Shown here piece by piece: positions 58,382-64,000 of a DNA stretch of 64,000 nucleotides. The notes under the pieces are model-generated. The model ran no database searches. It had not been told where the DNA came from and was given only the letters and a program-made list of their open reading frames with translations. Numbering within the stretch: the first letter of the stretch is position 1; every line of letters begins with the position of its first letter. The stretch is from a virus. Lineage: Duplodnaviria > Caudoviricetes. The stretch lies in the IMG/VR virus record IMGVR_UViG_3300017747_003445, positions 2,781-66,780 of that record; one strand, written 5' to 3'. Both the position numbers and the translations under genes were made by a program.

Positions 58382-60241
58382 TTAAAAATTTACATCTTCT
58401 CCGTTGTCATCCTTATAAGGTACCCAATTATCAAATGTCTTTTGAACTGCCACATCTGGTCTTAAAATTATATTTTTATCGTTTATAATCTTCTGCAATG
58501 AATCTAATCCATTAAATAAAAACCTTCTAGTTTGGAAAAACATTTGGAACAAAATAAAGCCTTTTTTACCAACAATCTTTTGCCTTCTTATTTTTTTACT
58601 ATGAAATTCACATGATGGGTTTTGCGGGTCTGTTTGCGCAAATGGTCTATGATACACAAGGATATTATCCATCTTATTATTCCACATAGCTCCATCGGTT
58701 AAATCAAATACATCAGGACATGGATAGTTACCATCGGCTGCTTTTTGCATTTTTGTTGGATGCGCAATTATCCAAAAGAAAATATTGTTTATTTGAGAAA
58801 ATCTTGAAAACACTGACAATACCCACTCCAAATACTTATCACTTCTTTGAAACTTTTGATATTCGTTTGTCAATTGGTTAAACGGGTCAATATCAACACC
58901 ATCAACATTCTCCTTAACAATTAATTCTAAAAATACTTCCATTATGTATTGTGGCGTAGGTGATACATCCTTTGGGTAAACATAAAATACATGATGACAA
59001 ACCAAGTCATAAACATACTCGTACACTTGCTTACTTGGTCTGTGTGGATTGGCAGGACTACAATCACATCCTAATATTATCTCAACAAAGTCGTGGTAAT
59101 ATTCTTCAGGTGGATTATCCTCTGGCGAGAATGTAGCAAACTTCTCTCCGTACAACATAATCCTCATTGCTTGATACCATTTTTTAAATGAAGATTTACC
59201 ATAGTTTCCTATTCCGGTAAGTACGGTAATTTCTCCTCTCTTTGGTTTAAATCTTTCATCTAATTCTGGAACTCCAATACCATCAACCCTAGCATATCCT
59301 TCATCATAAATTTTTAAAGCCTGCTCCTTTACATCAATTCCGTAAATAACATCCTTCAACTTTAACCCTTCATCAAATACAGCTTTTTCAACTTCAACTT
59401 CCCTTCTTGAAACTTTATCTATTAAAATTTCTTTGTCAAAAGATGCGCTACCAAAATTACCCGAATTAGCTTTATATGCTGAACGGATTGCCCTATTAGC
59501 TTCATTTTTTGTAAATTCAGAATTAGTTAAAAACTCCGAATGAATCATTGAATTAGCTGTGATTTCATTGATACCAAATCGGCAACAAGCGGATGCTAAT
59601 TTAAAAATAAAATTATTCCTTTCTCCTGTTACAAACGCCTCGTTTTTATTTGAAAGCCAAGTAACAATATTTTTAAATGTCTTTTCATCATTATCATTCT
59701 TTTCATAAACAACAACCTTCTCTGTTTTCTTAATTTTCTTAAATACTTCAGCATTTTCGTTTATGTAAATTTCAGTGTCATAACTTTCATAACAAACCCG
59801 ACTTACATTAATCCCGCTTCGGTCAATTTCAGGGAAAACTTCTTGCAAAGCTTGAAAGTGTTCTCTATGCTTTGCTCCATTAGCTATTTTTACCAATGCC
59901 TTCAATCCATTTCCAGAAGGACTAATCCAACAAGCATAAACAAACGGATTTGATATTATTTCGGTTTGCTTTTCCCTTAATTCAAAGATATTGTCAAAAT
60001 CAAGCACAACAAAACCACTATGTTGAATTAATTGGGCATCAGTTCTATCTGCTCCAAATTTTCCACTAAAGCAAATAGACGGAAGGTTTAATTTTATCTT
60101 ATTTGCCTTCTCTTTATCAATCGTTTTTCTAATTTCCTCTACTGTTGTTTTACTTTTACCTTGCTGTATCCTATTTAGCGCAGCTTCAACTGAAATGTAA
60201 TTTGGTTCTTTTGAAAAAATGTTATTAAAAATGGTAATCAT
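58382..60241 (-). CDS. Primase-helicase (VirE_N/BT4734-like N-terminus, PriCT-like middle, SF4 DnaB/Twinkle-like helicase)
   Basis: 'LPSICFSGKF…VVLDFD…SPSGNGLK', 'GERNNFIFKLA', Walker A 'TGIGNYGKS', 'IDPFN', 'IIAHP'. Confidence 0.85.
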   Translation of the reverse strand: MITIFNNIFSKEPNYISVEAALNRIQQGKSKTTVEEIRKTIDKEKANKIKLNLPSICFSGKFGADRTDAQLIQHSGFVVLDFDNIFELREKQTEIISNPFVYACWISPSGNGLKALVKIANGAKHREHFQALQEVFPEIDRSGINVSRVCYESYDTEIYINENAEVFKKIKKTEKVVVYEKNDNDEKTFKNIVTWLSNKNEAFVTGERNNFIFKLASACCRFGINEITANSMIHSEFLTNSEFTKNEANRAIRSAYKANSGNFGSASFDKEILIDKVSRREVEVEKAVFDEGLKLKDVIYGIDVKEQALKIYDEGYARVDGIGVPELDERFKPKRGEITVLTGIGNYGKSSFKKWYQAMRIMLYGEKFATFSPEDNPPEEYYHDFVEIILGCDCSPANPHRPSKQVYEYVYDLVCHHVFYVYPKDVSPTPQYIMEVFLELIVKENVDGVDIDPFNQLTNEYQKFQRSDKYLEWVLSVFSRFSQINNIFFWIIAHPTKMQKAADGNYPCPDVFDLTDGAMWNNKMDNILVYHRPFAQTDPQNPSCEFHSKKIRRQKIVGKKGFILFQMFFQTRRFLFNGLDSLQKIINDKNIILRPDVAVQKTFDNWVPYKDDNGEDVNF

Positions 60242-60244
60242 CGT

Positions 60245-60919
60245 TTATATTGGTTTAAAGGCGTTTCTAGCGTTTTCTAATTCGTTCTGATATTTATTAC
60301 TAATCTTGGAAGAAGATGGCTGAATCGGCTTCTTAACGGCATCCACAACCCATCTCTTAATAGTTAGATAATCTGATTTTGTTTTATAGGATTTTTCAAC
60401 TTTATAGGAAGAAAGAAAATCAAAACATTTCTGAACAATATCTTCCCCAAATTCTAAATCAAGTTTTATTTTTTCTTTTTCAAGCAAAGAAATATTATCC
60501 CTGTATTTTATTTCCTTTATTTCCTTTCCTTTCCTTTCCTTTATAGCATTACTATCGGATTGCGATTGCAATGCGTTCGCATTATTCCATCTCTTATTAG
60601 CTGATTCTCTTGCTTTTATGCTTTTATCATTTCTTTCATCTAGTCTTTTTTGTACTGATAGACTTCCAAATGTATTAACATCAAAAACAAATAAATCAAA
60701 ATCATTTATTACAGAAAAAACAGTGTCGCTATCTGACCTTAAATCATACGCAATGCCATCGTAATCCAATCGCAATGCGTTCGCATTATTATATAAATCT
60801 TCAACTATAGACCAAAACACGCCATATCCTTGCATGCCATGTTTTCTAATAAGCCTTTTTATCTTTTCGTCATTACGAGCATTATAGTCGTGAGAAAAGT
60901 AGAATGTGTCTTTTGGCAT
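60245..60919 (-). CDS. Replication initiator-like protein (DUF4373/Lin1244-type N-terminus)
   Basis: 'YFSHDYNARNDEKI…GMQGYGVFWSIVE', 'SVQKRL', low-complexity linker and C-terminal DnaD-like domain. Confidence 0.75.
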   Translation of the reverse strand: MPKDTFYFSHDYNARNDEKIKRLIRKHGMQGYGVFWSIVEDLYNNANALRLDYDGIAYDLRSDSDTVFSVINDFDLFVFDVNTFGSLSVQKRLDERNDKSIKARESANKRWNNANALQSQSDSNAIKERKGKEIKEIKYRDNISLLEKEKIKLDLEFGEDIVQKCFDFLSSYKVEKSYKTKSDYLTIKRWVVDAVKKPIQPSSSKISNKYQNELENARNAFKPI

Positions 60920-60928
60920 TTTATATGC

Positions 60929-61126
60929 TTAATCGTTAATAAAATCGGTTTTCAAAGCCTCGTTAATACGAGTTATTTCAGCATCGGTAAATAATAATTT
61001 ACCCTGCATCTTTCGTGATAATTCCGATTCTGGGATTTTAGCATTTAGTGATAACCACCTTTGTGTACGCCCATCTAAAGCCTCTTTAATTCTCTCGTGG
61101 AGTCTTAATTCAGTTTTGATTTCCAT
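60929..61126 (-). CDS. Cro/XRE-like HTH protein
   Basis: 'RTQRWLSLNAKIPESELSRKMQG…FTDAE'. Confidence 0.7.
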   Translation of the reverse strand: MEIKTELRLHERIKEALDGRTQRWLSLNAKIPESELSRKMQGKLLFTDAEITRINEALKTDFIND

Positions 61127-61151
61127 AAATTTGTTTTTGATTATTGAGGAA

Positions 61152-61238
61152 CAAAAATAGTCTTATTTTTTATATCCCCAAATATTTTTAACTTTTTTTT
61201 AAAATTATTTTGTGTTTTAATTAAATTAATTATCTTTG
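61152..61238. promoter_or_regulatory. Divergent Bacteroidota promoters
   Basis: Minus strand: TTTG(61179-61182)-N19-TATTTTTG(61152-61159). Plus strand: TTTG(61209-61212)-N18-TATCTTTG(61231-61238). Confidence 0.7.
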
Positions 61239-61258
61239 CTAAAACATTAAAACAAAAA

Positions 61259-61492
61259 ATGAGTCAAAAATTACAGGTGCTTAATCACCTTAAAAAAGCA
61301 ACCCTAACACCATTAGTGGCATTAAGAAATTATGGTACATTTAGATTAGCGGCTATTATATTTAATCTTCGTGATGAAGGTTATATAATTGAAACTAATA
61401 GCACTAATGTAGGTACAAAGAAAAAACCTAAATATGTAGCTAATTATAAATTGATTACGGCAGAGCAAAATAATAAACAAGATGGCATATAG
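61259..61492 (+). CDS. Winged HTH protein
   Basis: 'QVLNHL…LTPLVAL…GTFRLAAIIFNLRDEGYII'. Confidence 0.75.
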   Translation: MSQKLQVLNHLKKATLTPLVALRNYGTFRLAAIIFNLRDEGYIIETNSTNVGTKKKPKYVANYKLITAEQNNKQDGI

Positions 61493-61991
61493 TACAATAA
61501 TAGTTAAGAAAAAACAACTTAAATGTGGTTGTTATGATTACAACTTTAGCAAGAGCAGATGTAAAAAACACGCAACACTTGAGGATACAGCTAATAGAAT
61601 AATAAAATATAGGCACGAAAATATAAAAGAAGATAAAGAGCAATTATGGGATTGGTTTAAAGAAAAAAGAAAAGAAATGAAGGGAGTATGTTCTAATTGC
61701 AATAACCCTTCATCAAAAAAAGATGATGAAAAGTTTCATTATAGCATAGCACATATATTGCCAAAAAGATTATTCCCATCCGTAGCCACGCATCCGGATA
61801 ATTGGATAGAGCTTTGTTTTTGGGGTAATAGTTGCCATACTAATTTTGACAATAGCGTTATTGACCTTATAGATATGAATTGTTTTGATGAAATAATAGA
61901 AAAATTTATAAGGATATATCCAAATGTTGCTGAAGAAGAAAAAAGAAAAATACCACAAATATTAATTGAATACTATAACCAAAACAAATAA
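61482..61991 (+). CDS. HNH/NinG-like Zn-binding nuclease
   Basis: 'CSNC…AHILPK…HPDNWIELC…CHTNFD'. Confidence 0.65.
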   Translation: MAYSTIIVKKKQLKCGCYDYNFSKSRCKKHATLEDTANRIIKYRHENIKEDKEQLWDWFKEKRKEMKGVCSNCNNPSSKKDDEKFHYSIAHILPKRLFPSVATHPDNWIELCFWGNSCHTNFDNSVIDLIDMNCFDEIIEKFIRIYPNVAEEEKRKIPQILIEYYNQNK

Positions 61992-61994
61992 CCT

Positions 61995-62210
61995 ATGAAA
62001 ATTATTGTACAAAAAAACTTAGAAAATGCTAAGGTAGAAATTGATACTAAAAATTGTTCTTATCAATGGGGTTTTAGAGATGCTCTTATTTTAGCAATGG
62101 AAATAGAAGGATTCCATAAAAGCTTTATTGACCAAGTATTTAACCAAGAGGAAATAAAAATAGTATCAGAGGCAATGAGTGATGATGATTGTAATGTGCC
62201 ATCAAATTAA
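61995..62210 (+). CDS. Hypothetical protein
   Basis: 71-aa ORF. Confidence 0.55.
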   Translation: MKIIVQKNLENAKVEIDTKNCSYQWGFRDALILAMEIEGFHKSFIDQVFNQEEIKIVSEAMSDDDCNVPSN

Positions 62211-62229
62211 CCAAAACAAATAAACTAAA

Positions 62230-62483
62230 ATGAAAAAGCTACTAATTGCACTATTTTTTTAAGTTGTAACTCTAAAGGAGAATTTACAACACTAGATTAC
62301 AAGTATGTAAACACATTTACTGAAAGCAGTCTTTATGATGACAGTCCTAACACAACAAACTACCAATGCGTATTTGTTGGTACAGATGGGGTAAGTTACG
62401 AGGTTGATACCTTGCAGTTTCCAAAGTACAAAGAAGGTGATACAATTTATATTAAAGAACTACTTAAGATGAGAATGAAATAA
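62230..62483 (+). pseudogene. Lipoprotein gene frameshifted at a T7 tract (84 aa if T8)
   Basis: MKKLLIALFF then stop; adding one T at 62254-62260 gives MKKLLIALFFLSC (lipobox) open to TAA at 62481-62483. Confidence 0.7.
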
Positions 62484-62510
62484 AAAAACCCTCCTAAAAA
62501 GGAGGGCTTC
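62482..62510 (-). terminator. Intrinsic terminator
   Basis: CCCTCCT-AAAA-AGGAGGG with an A7 run (U-tail on the - strand). Confidence 0.7.
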
Positions 62511-62575
62511 AACTAAAAATCAATCAAAAAAACACAGAACTTTGTAAAAGTAGTATTTTTTTAAAATAAATTTAA

Positions 62576-63154
62576 TTATTTTTTATAAACAGATATAATT
62601 GTTCCTACGGGGTAGGGCGCACCAATTGGAGCTTGTGTTACAGATGTTTCACCGGGGAATACTCTCATTGCCCTGCGAAGTGGAACAGCGGCTTCGTTAA
62701 TCGGACCGAAACACTTTGCTAATGTTACGCCATTAACTTTTTTTGGCAAAACTTGACAGGGCATGCAAAACATATTACTCATGCCGCCTCCGGGACTTCT
62801 TGTGACTACAAACGAGCGATTTACTGTAGGCAATGTTTTCCAAGTTGGAGCTTGAGGAACTGAATCATAATACCAAAAGAATGACCAAACAGTTTTATCG
62901 GTGCCATCGGGTGTAATATACGGATTCCCTACTAGCATAGTGTTTGCGATAGAGGGTCCCTCCATAACTGGACATATTGAAACGCCCAAAATGAATTTTT
63001 TGCCTTGTACTATAATCGTATCTTTTGTTCTTTCAGCGCCAGACGCGCCGCAAAAAGCAAATTTGCCGTTGTAAATTTTTAACGCTTTTTGTTGAGAAAA
63101 AGAGTTTTCAACTAAACTTAATAGCATTAAGGCTATTAATAATGTTTTTTTCAT
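62576..63154 (-). CDS. Exported Cys-containing protein of unknown function
   Basis: Signal peptide MKKTLLIALMLLSLVENSFS; five Cys. Confidence 0.65.
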   Translation of the reverse strand: MKKTLLIALMLLSLVENSFSQQKALKIYNGKFAFCGASGAERTKDTIIVQGKKFILGVSICPVMEGPSIANTMLVGNPYITPDGTDKTVWSFFWYYDSVPQAPTWKTLPTVNRSFVVTRSPGGGMSNMFCMPCQVLPKKVNGVTLAKCFGPINEAAVPLRRAMRVFPGETSVTQAPIGAPYPVGTIISVYKK

Positions 63155-63181
63155 ATTTAATATTTTATGCTAAATTAGTGA

Positions 63182-63511
63182 TTATTTACAATTTTCAGAC
63201 TTCCAAATAACTAAATCTATCCCTTTTAAGCCCTTTGGCGGCGTTTTATGGTTTTCAACTGGTATTTGTTCCAATTTGGAACTAACGACTGATTTTGGGC
63301 TGTTTCTGTCATAAGGAGGCATATTTTTAAATGGTGCGCCTCTTTTAGCTAAAACATTAGGCACGCCATATGCAAATTCAAGTGAAATACTTTTGTACCC
63401 ATCTAAAAAATAATTTACCACTGCTTGTGGTGATGCCAAGTTTTGTTCTTTTTGGATTAATTCTAACTTTTCCAAGTCAAATCTTACTCCAATTGGTTTG
63501 CTTTTTGCCAT
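63182..63511 (-). CDS. Putative ribbon-helix-helix DNA-binding protein
   Basis: N-terminal alternating strand 'KPIGVRFD' followed by two short helices. Confidence 0.5.
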   Translation of the reverse strand: MAKSKPIGVRFDLEKLELIQKEQNLASPQAVVNYFLDGYKSISLEFAYGVPNVLAKRGAPFKNMPPYDRNSPKSVVSSKLEQIPVENHKTPPKGLKGIDLVIWKSENCK

Positions 63512-63514
63512 AAA

Positions 63515-63781
63515 TTAATAAGTATTTACGAAAATGGGAGTTTGTTCGCCAACATAGGCACAAAATGTGTTGAATTCAAGAAATTCCCATGCATCCTCTT
63601 CTGAAAGTTCTTTATCATCTTCTCTCAAAAGGTCAACCATAATTTCTTTTGAATAAACCAATTGACCATTATCAGTAATTCCCAAAATTGCCTTGTCATA
63701 TCCATCTGGGTTTTCTGGGGATAAATTTGGTTTAAGAGCTAAACAATCTTCTGCCATTTGTAAAATTAATTCTAAATCCAT
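63515..63781 (-). CDS. Conserved-looking phage hypothetical protein
   Basis: 'DGYDKAILG…VYSKE…EEDAWEFLEFN…AYVGEQTPIF'. Confidence 0.65.
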   Translation of the reverse strand: MDLELILQMAEDCLALKPNLSPENPDGYDKAILGITDNGQLVYSKEIMVDLLREDDKELSEEDAWEFLEFNTFCAYVGEQTPIFVNTY

Positions 63782-63804
63782 AGTGTTTTTTTTAAATTTT
63801 TAAA

Positions 63805-63879
63805 TTGTAGCTACAAAGTTAATATAATTTTTGAATTGTAGCTACAAAATTAACATAATTTTTTTGAAATGTAGCTACA
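63805..63879. promoter_or_regulatory. Three TGTAGCTACA palindromes overlapping tandem -7 boxes (operator array)
   Basis: Copies at 63806-63815, 63837-63846 and 63870-63879; minus-strand TAACTTTG (63814-63821) and TAATTTTG (63845-63852) overlap the first two. Confidence 0.7.
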
Positions 63880-64000
63880 CTATTAACTAAATACTTTAGT
63901 AATACCTACATCCTTACCAATACCATAACACCCCACATATAGCACCATATAGATAGGCTAGCACATACATAGTATACCCCATTACCCTAGGTGATAAGTG

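Noticed and set aside
63805-63879. Possible mini-CRISPR array
   Set aside because: Repeats are only 10 bp with similar AT-rich spacers of about 21-23 bp, there are no cas genes, and they overlap promoter boxes; an operator fits better.
1-64000. Stop-codon reassignment as in some crAss-like phages
   Set aside because: Genes are long and tightly packed under the standard code, and TAG/TGA act as stops.

Overview
Most of a tailed dsDNA phage genome, probably a podovirus-type phage of a Bacteroidota host. The host call rests on repeated TAnnTTTG -7 promoter boxes, A-rich starts without Shine-Dalgarno sequences, and a portal/ring/nozzle layout reminiscent of crAss-related phages. Layout: small early genes (+, 0.2-5.0 kb); lysis cassette (-, 5.1-8.9 kb); glycan-modification island I (9.0-16.0 kb, two convergent operons); tail fibres (16.4-24.6 kb); capsid, scaffold, ferritin and portal (25.8-32.2 kb); glycan-modification island II between portal and terminase (32.3-37.9 kb); terminase; ejection and tail-ring genes (40.3-56.5 kb); two GroES-like genes; SSB, primase-helicase and initiator; small regulators. 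No integrase, DNA polymerase, RNA polymerase, tRNA or CRISPR was seen. The strongest candidate for an undescribed system is a cytoplasmic glycan-building kit. It has 8 glycosyltransferase genes (one is a GT4 fused to a TibC/AAH-type iron-finger O-heptosyltransferase-like domain), 4 SAM methyltransferases, a GDP-mannose 3,5-epimerase and a sulfotransferase/APS-kinase/nucleotidyltransferase module. These flank a 2213-aa fibre built from Pro-free Gly-Thr-Ser collagen-like triplets and Ser/Gly-rich VSGG-type repeats, which suggests a sulfated, methylated glycan coat on the virion. Other notable items are a well-formed type I hammerhead ribozyme at 76-144, repeated start-site cassettes in the early region, an iteron-like repeat in the initiator gene, a T7-tract frameshifted lipoprotein and a triple palindromic operator. 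All family assignments come from motif recognition by eye; no database search was run.
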